Below are positions 53,599 through 63,334 of a stretch of DNA of 64,000 nucleotides, in pieces. Position 1 is the first letter of the stretch. Every line of letters starts with the position of its first letter. Under the pieces are notes generated by a model. That model was not told the origin of the DNA. It saw nothing but the letters and a program-made list of their open reading frames with translations, and did no database searches. This DNA comes from an uncultured cyanobacterium (GTDB lineage Bacteria; Cyanobacteriota; Cyanobacteriia; Cyanobacteriales; Cyanobacteriaceae). The position numbers were made by a program, and so were the translations under genes. The stretch lies in NCBI GenBank assembly GCA_963710605.1, contig CAVQBA010000004.1:544001-608000 (forward strand). The letters are read 5' to 3'.

Positions 53599-53758
53599 TA
53601 TAGCAATTACTAGTATTATGACGTACATATCGATCCCCCTAAATCCCTAACCAACAAAAGCGAAGCATCCTTATTCCTCCCCCTTACGAAGGGGGATAAG
53701 AGGGGGATAGGGGACTTACAAATATAAACCGTACCTCATAAATGTGAGAAACGCTATA
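53599..53758. mobile_element. MITE-like element with TATAGC...TTATGANGTAC inverted ends, carrying CCCCC/GGGGG hairpins
   Basis: TATAGCAATTACTAGTATTATGACGTAC (53599-53626, +) and TATAGCGTTTCTCACATTTATGAGGTAC (53731-53758, -). Confidence 0.65.
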
Positions 53759-53823
53759 TCCTTAATTCTCCCCGAATAATTGCAAAGCAAGAATTCATCT
53801 CTATTCTCCATTCTCAATTAACT

Positions 53824-54426
53824 ATGTATTGTTTGTATGATTTTTTACCATCAGGAAATGGCTATAAAGTTAGATTACTTTTAAACCAATTGCAAATACC
53901 TTTTGAGCGAATTGAACTTAATATTTTACAAGGAGAAACGAGAACACCAGAATTTTTAGCTAAAAACTCTAACGGTAAAATACCTGTTTTAGAAATTGCT
54001 CCCGATCGATATTTAGCTGAATCTAATGCGATTCTTTATTATCTAAGTCAAAATACTACTTATTTTCCTCAAGATAAATGGCATCAAGCAAAGGTAATGC
54101 AATGGTTATTTTTTGAACAATATAGTCACGAGCCTTATATTGCTACTTCTAGGTATTGGTTGAGTATCTTAAAACAACCAGAAAAATATCAATCTCAATT
54201 ACAAGCAAAACAAGCAGGAGGTTATCAGGCTTTGGAAGTGATGGAAAAACATCTGCAAATAAATACTTTTTTTGTTAACGAACAATATTCGATCGCCGAT
54301 ATTGCTTTATATGCTTATACTCACGTTGCTGAAGAAGGTGGTTTTAATTTACAAGAGTTTGGTGCGATTCGATCATGGTTTCAACGGATAGAAAGTCAAC
54401 CTAACTACATTCGTATTAATTATTGA
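53824..54426 (+). CDS. Glutathione S-transferase family protein
   Basis: SGNGYKVRL, GKIPVL, ESNAIL.YL, QWLFFEQ..HEP, SIADIALYAYTH. Confidence 0.93.
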   Translation: MYCLYDFLPSGNGYKVRLLLNQLQIPFERIELNILQGETRTPEFLAKNSNGKIPVLEIAPDRYLAESNAILYYLSQNTTYFPQDKWHQAKVMQWLFFEQYSHEPYIATSRYWLSILKQPEKYQSQLQAKQAGGYQALEVMEKHLQINTFFVNEQYSIADIALYAYTHVAEEGGFNLQEFGAIRSWFQRIESQPNYIRINY

Positions 54427-54609
54427 AATAGTACAAAAAAATTGTCTATTGACTGGTTTAAGGCTTTGAAAAAACAACTAATAGTTAAATTTTAGTACAC
54501 GAGTTTTGAAGAAAGTATTAGTTTCAGTGAACAACGAATAATGAACAGCTAACACCTAAAACAAATACACCTGTTACTCATTACTCATTACTTATTACTC
54601 ATTTATATT

Positions 54610-54963
54610 ATGCACGAAACAGATATGACCAAGGCTTTAATTGTGACGATTAAAGATTGGTATGAGTCGCAATCAACTAAATACAATATCGATAAAGTTC
54701 ATTTAATAGTAGGTGAATTTACTTGTGTCGAACCTGCTAGTTTAGAGTTTACTTTCGATGTTCAAACTCGCAATACTTTTTTAGAAGGAGCAAAATTAGT
54801 TATTAAAGATATACCTTTAGTTGCTTTTTGTCATCGTTGTAATCAAGAGTATAAACCTGAGGTTGGTTTGCAATATTCTTGTCCTGATTGTAATGCACCG
54901 ATGGAAGATATTGTCTCTGGTAGGGAATTAATAATCGATCGTCTCGAATATTCTCATCGCTGA
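54610..54963 (+). CDS. hypA: Nickel metallochaperone HypA (GhaA-like)
   Basis: MHE N-terminus, CHRC and CPDC zinc motifs, GREL. Confidence 0.93.
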   Translation: MHETDMTKALIVTIKDWYESQSTKYNIDKVHLIVGEFTCVEPASLEFTFDVQTRNTFLEGAKLVIKDIPLVAFCHRCNQEYKPEVGLQYSCPDCNAPMEDIVSGRELIIDRLEYSHR

Positions 54964-55053
54964 AAAAACTACTTGTTGATTGTGTAGTACTTACAAAGCC
55001 TTTTAATTTCTCTTAATTATTCATTATTCATTATTCATTATTAATTATCAATC

Positions 55054-55686
55054 ATGCACCAAACATTCGATGCCGCTTTAGAAATTAATTTACTTCATGC
55101 CAATCAAGAGGGGGCGAATCATAATCGATCGCATTTTGACGAGTGGGGTATTACTTGTTTTAACTTAATGAGTAGCCCAGGGGCGGGTAAAACAGCTTTA
55201 CTGGAAAAAACTTTAGCTCAATTAAATCAAGACTTGAAAATGTTAGTCATTGAAGGAGATATGACCACCGAATTAGATGCCGAGCGATTACGTAATTATG
55301 ATATACCAGTGATTGCAATTAATACAGGTCGATCGTGTCATTTAGATTCACGTATGGTTGCAGGAGGTTTTTTGTTTGAGGCTTTCTTAGGTACTAGTTA
55401 TGTTGGTGGGGTAATGTTAATTTCAATTATTGTCCTAATCTATACCGCTAGTGGTGGTTTATTTGCAGTTGCTTATACCGATGCGATTCAAGTTAGTATT
55501 GCTGTTTTGGCTACTATTTTTCTTTTTGGTTTTATTCTATTTAATTACGGTATCACAATTCCTGAAGGGTTAGGATCTTTTGATTTAGGGCAGTTAGCCG
55601 ATCCAGCTCAAGGTGCGGCTATCAATTGGGCAACTCTACTAGCTTTGGGTTTAGGGGATATTGTAGCGATTGATTTTAATGACTAA
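55054..55686 (+). pseudogene. hypB: Chimeric ORF: N-terminal half of HypB (GhaB-like) fused to an internal fragment of a sodium:solute symporter
   Basis: [21 protein letters not shown] (HypB) switch at VAGG (55357-55368) to FLFE...[17 protein letters not shown] (SSS motif). HypB ENVGNL/NKxD motifs are absent; premature stop. Confidence 0.85.
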
Positions 55687-55751
55687 GTCTCAAACCGAGT
55701 TAATTAGTGAATAAGTAATCAAAGGTGAGAAAAGGAGTTTGGAGTTGGTAA

Positions 55752-56333
55752 TTAAATTTGTTCGGCTTCAATCTGTTGTATAAATTCTGATTCGATGATT
55801 AAAGGGCTTTGGGTAAATCCTCGATTAACAAATTTTTCTAGTATTGTTGAGGTCAAAGTTAGTAAGAATAAACTACGATCGATTTCTATATATTGTTGAG
55901 TTTGTAGCTGATAAAAAGTTATTTTGTTACTCCGCCAAAACCAAACTTCTTTAACTCCGATGGTTTTATATTTATCAAGTTCGTCTAAACTACCACTAGA
56001 AAAAATTACTTCAGTAGCTAAGTCAGGAATATCTTTATCTATATTAAAGGTAAAACTCACATCAGGTTCTTTTCCTGCTAAGGGTTTATTTTCTAAACGA
56101 GTCGAACCCATGGGAAAATAAGGTAATTTAAACTTTCGACAATAGGCACATATCAAAATAGCAATAGTTTGGGCAATTCTTTCATGGTTTTTACTTGGTG
56201 AGACTAAAGTAATTACTCCATCAAAATAGGAAACTCTATAACCTAAATATTCTTCACTGTCAAATTTTGTATAGTCTTCCCAATTCATCCCCGCTAAACT
56301 AAAAGTTTGACTCTTGTTTTTGTAGGTAGTCAA
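55752..56333 (-). CDS. Uma2 (DUF820) family endonuclease-like protein
   Basis: W..Y, SPS..HE, GST, KEPD.SF, PDLA.EV..SS, Y...GV.EVW.W. Confidence 0.9.
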   Translation of the reverse strand: MTTYKNKSQTFSLAGMNWEDYTKFDSEEYLGYRVSYFDGVITLVSPSKNHERIAQTIAILICAYCRKFKLPYFPMGSTRLENKPLAGKEPDVSFTFNIDKDIPDLATEVIFSSGSLDELDKYKTIGVKEVWFWRSNKITFYQLQTQQYIEIDRSLFLLTLTSTILEKFVNRGFTQSPLIIESEFIQQIEAEQI

Positions 56334-56600
56334 TACTGAAAGGAAATTTAGCTTTAATCAACATAATTTGAGCTTAGAAATTGGGCGTTTTTTTGGTTAA
56401 TTGAGAGCTTGTTTTGAGATATATTAATTACTATATATTAGAGAACGAGTTGGTTAGGATATTAAGTATTACCAAAACACTTATATATCATGAATAATCA
56501 AACCTTTGCCCTTTGCACGAGTGCTATATAATAGAAAACTCTTGTGCTTAAAACATTCAAAAAAAATTGAGAATTACTTTTCATTGTTCACTCTTAACTC

Positions 56601-57872
56601 TTAACTTTTAACTGTTAACTGTGAGATGACTTTCCCTTGTATTTCTTGGTTTAACCAATAAGTATTAGAAGATAAAGACTTTAACTGTGAAGGGGTTAGT
56701 TGCCATTTTTGTTGGGGGGAAAATAGAATAAAATCCGCTACATCCGCACCAACTTCTAATTTAATAGATGGTTGATTGAGACATTTTAAGGGTTTGATAC
56801 TCAGACTTTGCCATAACTGTAACGCTGACAAACTTTCGGTAGATACTAAATGTTGCCATAATAAGGGTAATGCTAATTCTAAACCGATCGAACCTGCGGG
56901 TGCTAGGGCAAAGGCGACAGTTTTTTCTTCGTAGGTGTAAGGTTGATGATCGATCGCGATCGCATCAATAATACCATTTTTAATTCCAGCTAATAAAGAT
57001 AATCGATCTTTTTCTCTACCTAAAGGTGGTTCAAATCGAAGGTTAGGGTTATAACTACAAGTAATCTCTTCGTTTAATAACAAATGATGCCAAGTTACAC
57101 TCGCAGTTACACTGATACCATTTTCTTTCGCTTGTTTGATTAATTCAACTCCTCTAGCAGTAGAAACACGCATCAAATGTATCGGTGTTTTGGTAAAAGA
57201 AGCAATTTCTAAGATAGAAGCAATGGCGACAGATTCAGCTATTTCAGGATTACCTTGTAAACCCAAGCTCAAAGAATTTTGACTTTCTCTGACTACACCA
57301 CAACTACTTAGTTCAAGATTGTTGGCAACTAAAGCAACAGGTAAATTAAATGGTTGAGCATATTCAAGTAACTTCCTGACTAACTGTAGATTTTGATGAG
57401 GGCAATTATCTGTAAAACCGACTACACCTGCTTCTGCTAATTGAGCTAATGGGGCTATTTTTTCTCCTGCCAAATTATGGGTTAAACTTCCCCAAACATC
57501 AAACTTAGTATCATAATTACGGGTTTGATTTTTCAGCCATGATACCATATTCAAATTATCGATCGTGGGATTGGTATTGGGTAATATACCTACTCGTTTA
57601 AACCCTCCTGCTTGTGCGACTTGAGCCAAACTTAATAGTGTCTCTCTTTCTTCGTAACCCGGCTCACCACTACTACTATACAAATCCACTAATGCAGGTG
57701 CAAAAACTAATTCTTCACCATCTATGATTTGAATTGACTTATTGTCTAACTCAATCTGTGGCTCAATTTGTTTAATTTTATTTTCTACGACTAATACATC
57801 CGTTACTTTATCTATTCCTAGCTCAGGATTTAAAATTCTGACTTGTCGCAAAAGTTGGTTTGTTTTCGTCAT
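56601..57872 (-). CDS. pyrC: Dihydroorotase (cyanobacterial PyrC-like)
   Basis: P.LVDLYS.SGEPG.E.RET, PNT.P.ID, HLMRVST, PPLG, AIDH.P, A..G.IGLE. Confidence 0.85.
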   Translation of the reverse strand: MTKTNQLLRQVRILNPELGIDKVTDVLVVENKIKQIEPQIELDNKSIQIIDGEELVFAPALVDLYSSSGEPGYEERETLLSLAQVAQAGGFKRVGILPNTNPTIDNLNMVSWLKNQTRNYDTKFDVWGSLTHNLAGEKIAPLAQLAEAGVVGFTDNCPHQNLQLVRKLLEYAQPFNLPVALVANNLELSSCGVVRESQNSLSLGLQGNPEIAESVAIASILEIASFTKTPIHLMRVSTARGVELIKQAKENGISVTASVTWHHLLLNEEITCSYNPNLRFEPPLGREKDRLSLLAGIKNGIIDAIAIDHQPYTYEEKTVAFALAPAGSIGLELALPLLWQHLVSTESLSALQLWQSLSIKPLKCLNQPSIKLEVGADVADFILFSPQQKWQLTPSQLKSLSSNTYWLNQEIQGKVISQLTVKS

Positions 57873-57934
57873 TATTTTTTATCTGCTTAAATACAACTAC
57901 AAAAGTTTATCTCTAGATATAATTTGATTAAGGT

Positions 57935-58128
57935 AAACATTTGATACGCCTGAGTTACTATTTTACCCAACCATTGTCTTTATACTCGATCGAAGATTAA
58001 ATTTCTAGCTAGCTAAAACTTCTCCTCGCAATTCTTCTGAAGATTGTGCTTGACAACGGGCTTTTTTCGACTACACTAACGATCGCACTAGCTACATCTT
58101 GTTTTGATACTTTACTCGTAACTTGAAT
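57935..58128 (-). pseudogene. Decayed remnant of a small cyanobacterial hypothetical protein
   Basis: Pieces VASAIVSVVEK / ARCQAQSSEELRGEVLA / NLIFDRV*RQWLGKIVTQAYQ join after a +1 in an A6 run and a 4-nt AGCT duplication; one in-frame TAA. Confidence 0.5.
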
Positions 58129-58339
58129 ACTTTATAAGTTTGCTATTGACAAATTATTCAAATATTATAATACTTTGTATTTATTTTCGTTATTTAAATT
58201 ATTATTGGTTTATTTTATTGTTGAAATTTAGATACATTAATTGATAATTTTGATTCCTGACAAAACTTTGATCATGAAGTTACCCTTTCACATCTAGATC
58301 AATAATATCAAGCTCTAATTACTGTATAGATAATGAAAC

Positions 58340-59326
58340 TTATTTACTTAATTTAGACTTGATTTTTTTAACTATCTTATTTATATTTAACGGTTTATTT
58401 TTAATAATTATCGGTATATTAGCTGAGTAAGATTTTTGATGATCAAAAAATAAATTTATTTCCCTAATAATATGTTGCCAACGACTTTTAATTGAATCAA
58501 ATCTGTAGTTTTGTAAAATATTACTATAATCATTACTTTGCCAATTTTCAACAGTCGATAAAATTCTGTTTTGATCGTATTCTTGCGAATAAACCCGTAA
58601 TTTATGACAATTAAAACTAGGATCTAAATAATCGGATAAAGCATCATTTACGCTAGAAAAAATAGTACAACCACAAGCCATTGCTTCAATTGGAGGTAAA
58701 CCAAAACCTTCAGTTGCTTTAGATTGCACCCAATACTCGGTAGAATCATAAAGATATACTTTAGTTTGATTAAATAACGTGGCTAAATCATCTACCCAAT
58801 AATCGACCAATTCTAGGTTGCAATAAGGCTTTAACGCTGGTACTAATTGATTAATTAGGTATTGTGACGATTTACGTTTTTGGATTAAAACATCGATCGT
58901 TCTCGGTTGATGTAAATTAGTATATTGAGGCGAAATCTGGTTAGGTAAATGAAAAACTAAACAATTAGGTGCGTATCGTCCCCAATAAGCCTGTGAGTGC
59001 TTACTAACGCTAATAATCGGTACTTGTTCAGGAATTTGAAGCGAATAACCTGTACTATGAGAAAAATAAATCACCTGACGATTTTTTAGCTTTTTTAATA
59101 ACTTTTTTATATCAGGACCCCAATGAATAATATAGATATTGTCATCATCACTATTACCTTTAATTAAGTCATCTAAAAACAAAGTATCAACTTCTCTTTT
59201 GCGGTAACTTACAGGTTGAGCATTACCCACAGATTGAGCTATTTTCAAAAAATTAATTTGAGCAATATGTCCACCACTATTTATCTCCATTTCAGGAAAC
59301 AAAAAATACAAATCACGATCGAGCAT
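58340..59326 (-). CDS. Glycosyltransferase (GT4/GT-B fold)
   Basis: SGG near the N-terminus; EGFGLPPIEAMACGC. Confidence 0.88.
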   Translation of the reverse strand: MLDRDLYFLFPEMEINSGGHIAQINFLKIAQSVGNAQPVSYRKREVDTLFLDDLIKGNSDDDNIYIIHWGPDIKKLLKKLKNRQVIYFSHSTGYSLQIPEQVPIISVSKHSQAYWGRYAPNCLVFHLPNQISPQYTNLHQPRTIDVLIQKRKSSQYLINQLVPALKPYCNLELVDYWVDDLATLFNQTKVYLYDSTEYWVQSKATEGFGLPPIEAMACGCTIFSSVNDALSDYLDPSFNCHKLRVYSQEYDQNRILSTVENWQSNDYSNILQNYRFDSIKSRWQHIIREINLFFDHQKSYSANIPIIIKNKPLNINKIVKKIKSKLSK

Positions 59327-59482
59327 AACAGATTAATTAATAATTAATAATCGGTAATTGATAATATATTTGACATCAACAGCTACCTAGTTATAACACT
59401 ATCAGAAGTCACCTCTTTTTTTTGATAAAGTATAAAAACAATCAAGAATATTCACAGACAAAAAACAAAAACTTAGTCTTTT

Positions 59483-60256
59483 TTATCGTGGAGGTTTAAT
59501 ATATTTTTTCACACCTAAATAATTAAGATAACGTTCGATCGCTTCGGTTGTATCTCCTTGAAAAACAATTTCACCTTGCTCTAACCAAATTGTACGATCG
59601 CAAAAATCTTCAACGTATTCTAAACTATGAGAAACAAATAGAATCGTACTACTTTTTTCCCACAACCGTTCGATTCTCGCTTTTGATTTATGAGTAAACC
59701 TCGCATCACCTACAGCCAATACCTCATCTAAAATCAAAATATCAGGTTCTGTATCCGTAGCTACAGCGAAACCCAAACGAGCCTTCATCCCTGAAGATAG
59801 AGACTTAACTGGCATATCCGCCGAGTCATTTAATTCAGCAAAATCTAAAATTTCATTAGTTCGAGTTAACATTTCCTTACGAGCATAACCGAGCAAAACA
59901 CCATAGAGAAGAATATTATCTCGTACAGACAACTCCATATTAAAACCCGCTCCTAACTCGATTAAGGGAGCGATATTACCTCGAACTCTCACACTACCAG
60001 TAGTCGGGTCTAATATACCACCAATTACCTTTAGCAAAGTAGATTTACCCGCACCATTTGAACCAATAATGCCAACTTTTTCACCCGAATTAACGACTAA
60101 ATTAAGATTTTTTAAAACTTGTTTTTTAATAGGTTGAGTATATCTTCCTTGTATCAAAGAAAAAAGTGTTTTTTTAAGATCGTAAGAAAACTCTTCTTGA
60201 GTTCTACGCCAAAGAGAAACATTATCTAGTCTAATTGCTTCGGGGGTCATTGTCAT
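59483..60256 (-). CDS. wzt: Polysaccharide ABC exporter, ATP-binding subunit
   Basis: GSNGAGKST, LIELGAGF, LSSGMKARLGFA, LDEVLAVGD, VSH. Confidence 0.9.
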   Translation of the reverse strand: MTMTPEAIRLDNVSLWRRTQEEFSYDLKKTLFSLIQGRYTQPIKKQVLKNLNLVVNSGEKVGIIGSNGAGKSTLLKVIGGILDPTTGSVRVRGNIAPLIELGAGFNMELSVRDNILLYGVLLGYARKEMLTRTNEILDFAELNDSADMPVKSLSSGMKARLGFAVATDTEPDILILDEVLAVGDARFTHKSKARIERLWEKSSTILFVSHSLEYVEDFCDRTIWLEQGEIVFQGDTTEAIERYLNYLGVKKYIKPPR

Positions 60257-60417
60257 TAAAAATAAAAATCAGTTAAATACTTGGCTGTTCTAGTTTGAGT
60301 ATCATAAATGTTTTTGGGAAAATAGCAAAGATAAATTGATCGTACTTTCTCACTAATTTATTAAAAATTAGCCAATTACTCAATACTTAGTCTATCTAAA
60401 ATCTAGCTAATTAACGA

Positions 60418-61251
60418 TTATAGTAAATCCATAAAAGCTGATTGTACACTACGGAAAAATAACCATCCGATAGTGAAAAGAATCATACCACTACAAAAAC
60501 CATGAACTAAATAAACCGTTTCAGGAAATCTACCCTCCAAACTAATTTGACGAAAAAGCTCAATTACTGGTACTAAAGGATTTAAACCTAAGAAAGGTTG
60601 AACGCTTTTAGGTACAATTTCAGGGGGATAAAAAACAGGGCTGGTAATCCAAGCGACAAAAGTTGCTATTTCGTAAAAATAGCTCACATCTCGAAAGAAG
60701 ACATATAAAGCACTAACAAATAAGCTAACTCCGACACAAACTAAAACGAGAAAACTAAATGGAACTAATAATAAAAATACTAACATTAAGTTATGAGTTT
60801 TCATTAAAGTAACGATCGCTAACAAAGGAAATGAGCCTACCATAAACTGAAAAATATTCGCTCCAATCATCGATAGAGGAAAAACAGGAATAGGTAATCT
60901 AATTTTATTTAGTAAGCCTCCATTTTCGACAATACTAGTTAATGCTTGTGAGGTTGAAACATTAAAAAAATTAACAACTAATAAGCCTGTAAATGCCGCT
61001 AAAACATAGTCAGAGATTGAGTCATTATAATAAGAGGCAAAGGTTGTCCCAAAAATAACTGAATACAAAGCCGTCATAATAACGGGATTCAACAAAGACC
61101 AATATATGCCAAGAAACGAACCTCGATAACGCACTTTGAGATTTTGCGGGATTAAAACACAAAGCAACTCCCAATAACGCTCAAGATTCTGATTTCTGGG
61201 GGAATGCTCCGCTATTTCTAAAGTCTTTCTTCGAGCTATAATCATAAACAA
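60418..61251 (-). CDS. wzm: Polysaccharide ABC exporter, permease subunit
   Basis: KVRYRGS.LG..WSLLNP, FFRD, SPVFYP, NPL...IE.FR. Confidence 0.9.
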   Translation of the reverse strand: MFMIIARRKTLEIAEHSPRNQNLERYWELLCVLIPQNLKVRYRGSFLGIYWSLLNPVIMTALYSVIFGTTFASYYNDSISDYVLAAFTGLLVVNFFNVSTSQALTSIVENGGLLNKIRLPIPVFPLSMIGANIFQFMVGSFPLLAIVTLMKTHNLMLVFLLLVPFSFLVLVCVGVSLFVSALYVFFRDVSYFYEIATFVAWITSPVFYPPEIVPKSVQPFLGLNPLVPVIELFRQISLEGRFPETVYLVHGFCSGMILFTIGWLFFRSVQSAFMDLL

Positions 61252-61795
61252 CTAGAAACTAAAATTCGTCATTGGCAATAAGAATAGATTTATTGTATCT
61301 CACACTAGCCTGTTTTAAATAAACTTTATTGAAGTGTGAAGAATAAATAGTTAATACTAATCACATAGCAACCTTTTAAATCAATCTTGGAAGTTTCAAC
61401 CACACCTAAGCTTTTCTTGATCACTCAAATTCATTTTTTTGACTAGAATGATTGGTTCAAATAAATAACAGATAAAGTAAATATTAATATTGAAAATAGT
61501 TAAGAATTAAAAATCGGTGATCAAACAGATTTGCTTATTAATTATTGAAAAATTACTTATTTTTAATAAAGTAACAAATGTACTTAGGTATCTTTATTTT
61601 GTTACCCTAATAAAACAAAACGAAATATTAAAACAACTAGTAGTTTTTGAGATTAAATAAGTTTGAGAAAACAAATCGGCGTACTAATTAATTGGTATAA
61701 CTTTGGGTATAACTGAGTATCATACTTTAGGTAGATAAAAAAAATAGATATAGTTGTCAAGATAGTAGTCGTAAAGATAAATATAAAGCAATTTT

Positions 61796-62323
61796 ATGGC
61801 AAATATTAATATAGGTTTAAAAGAAGAAGAAATAAAAGGAGTTGTCGAATTACTCAATCAACAGTTAGCTGACTTTTATTTATTACAAATAAAAACTAAA
61901 AAGTATCATTGGGATGTAGTAGGACCACAATTTTTAACTCTTCATAAAATTTGGGAAGAACATTACGAAGCTTTTGCGATGAATATCGATGCGATCGCTG
62001 AAAGAATTAGAACATTAGGTAAATATCCTATTGGTACTGCAGAACTATTCGTTAAATATTCTTCGATCGAAGAACATTCTGGTGATTTACCTAATGCAAC
62101 ACAAATGGTAGAGCGTTTAATTTGTGATCACGAAACAATTATTCGTAATCTTCGTCAACATATCGACTCTTGTAGCGAAAAATACCATGATGAAGGTACT
62201 GCTGATTTTCTGATTCATTTAATGACTCAACTAGAAGAAATGTCTTGGATGTTACGCTCTTTCTTAGGTGGCGAAGGAGTAAAGCCTTCAGGTGAAAGAG
62301 AAAAAGAATTAATTACTCGCTAA
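61796..62323 (+). CDS. dps: Dps family DNA-protection ferritin-like protein
   Basis: HWDVVGPQF..LH...EE.Y, D.IAERIR.LG, D.GTADFL, W.LRS. Confidence 0.93.
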   Translation: MANINIGLKEEEIKGVVELLNQQLADFYLLQIKTKKYHWDVVGPQFLTLHKIWEEHYEAFAMNIDAIAERIRTLGKYPIGTAELFVKYSSIEEHSGDLPNATQMVERLICDHETIIRNLRQHIDSCSEKYHDEGTADFLIHLMTQLEEMSWMLRSFLGGEGVKPSGEREKELITR

Positions 62324-62382
62324 GCGACTGTTATTTATCAAACAAATAATAATATAAACGAAATTAATCAGGAGGACAAACT

Positions 62383-63156
62383 ATGACACAAATACAAGTA
62401 ACCGAAAAAACTATTAGTTGTATTTTTCAAGAAGAAGCTCAAGCAAAAAATTTAATTGAACGCTTAATCGATCGAGGAATATCAAGAGAAAACATCTCTG
62501 TAATGGGTAAAAATTTTGAATCCCAAACACGTATTGCGGGATTCATTACCAAAAAAGATGTAATTCTAGGTGGTTTAAGACAAGGTGCTATCTTTGGCTC
62601 TTTATTCGGTAGTTTACTTAGTCTATTAACAGGGGTAGGAGTTTTATTCATTCCTTTTGTTGGTTCAGTAGTAGCCGCAGGACCACTCAGCTCTATTTTA
62701 TTAGGTGCAGCTACAGGTGCGTTAGCAGGTGGTGCAGGAGCAGGTTTAGCTTCTGCTTTAACTACATTAGGAATGTCTAAAGACAAAGCCGCTGTTTACG
62801 AAACACGAGTTAAAGCTGGTGAATTTTTATGTTTGGTAGAAGTACCAGCCGAAAAATCAGGCGAATATAGATTACTCGTCGAAAGTGCAGGTGGTGAAGA
62901 AATTCACGTGAGCGAAACTACTTTACCTCGTCCTTGTGATGGCAAATGCAATAGTGCTGAAGACTTAATTCCTCAAGTACGTAACCACTTAAGCGAAAAA
63001 GCTCAACAAACTTTTATTGACGAATACAATAAGGTATTAGAAGATACTAATGATCAAGGATTAGCTGAAGAAGAAGCATGGCAAAAAATCCATAGTCAAT
63101 ACGAAGAAGACGAAAGTGGTATCTGGTTTAAGGAAAAAACAGCTACTTCTGTCTAA
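62383..63156 (+). CDS. General-stress (YflT-like, glycine zipper) plus ChaB domain protein
   Basis: GA..G..FG....L..G.G...IP..G...AAGP zipper; C-terminal L...VR.HL...AQ..F...YN...AW..I...Y ChaB. Confidence 0.85.
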   Translation: MTQIQVTEKTISCIFQEEAQAKNLIERLIDRGISRENISVMGKNFESQTRIAGFITKKDVILGGLRQGAIFGSLFGSLLSLLTGVGVLFIPFVGSVVAAGPLSSILLGAATGALAGGAGAGLASALTTLGMSKDKAAVYETRVKAGEFLCLVEVPAEKSGEYRLLVESAGGEEIHVSETTLPRPCDGKCNSAEDLIPQVRNHLSEKAQQTFIDEYNKVLEDTNDQGLAEEEAWQKIHSQYEEDESGIWFKEKTATSV

Positions 63157-63334
63157 ACTTAATTGGTATTGTTTATCCTCAGCATGGAGTGATAAGTATT
63201 TACAATTTAGAAAATTATTAATTATCTCGATTTACTTTAAATTAATAAAACATAAGTATTCGTAAAAAGAATTTGTTCATTGTTCATCACTTGATAACTT
63301 CATCCTGAGGTTAATCCTACAAAAATTAATTTAG

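Noticed and set aside
9-53758. Reading the 28-nt TATAG...ACA ends as XerCD dif/pdif sites (11-6-11) or as CRISPR repeats
   Set aside because: The arms are not mutually palindromic, the ends occur as TA-initiated inverted pairs like IS630 ends, and there is no regular repeat-spacer array or cas gene.
54610-55686. A hydrogenase maturation cluster
   Set aside because: No hox/hup or hypC-F genes nearby; hypA/hypB here fit Ni delivery to GdmH.
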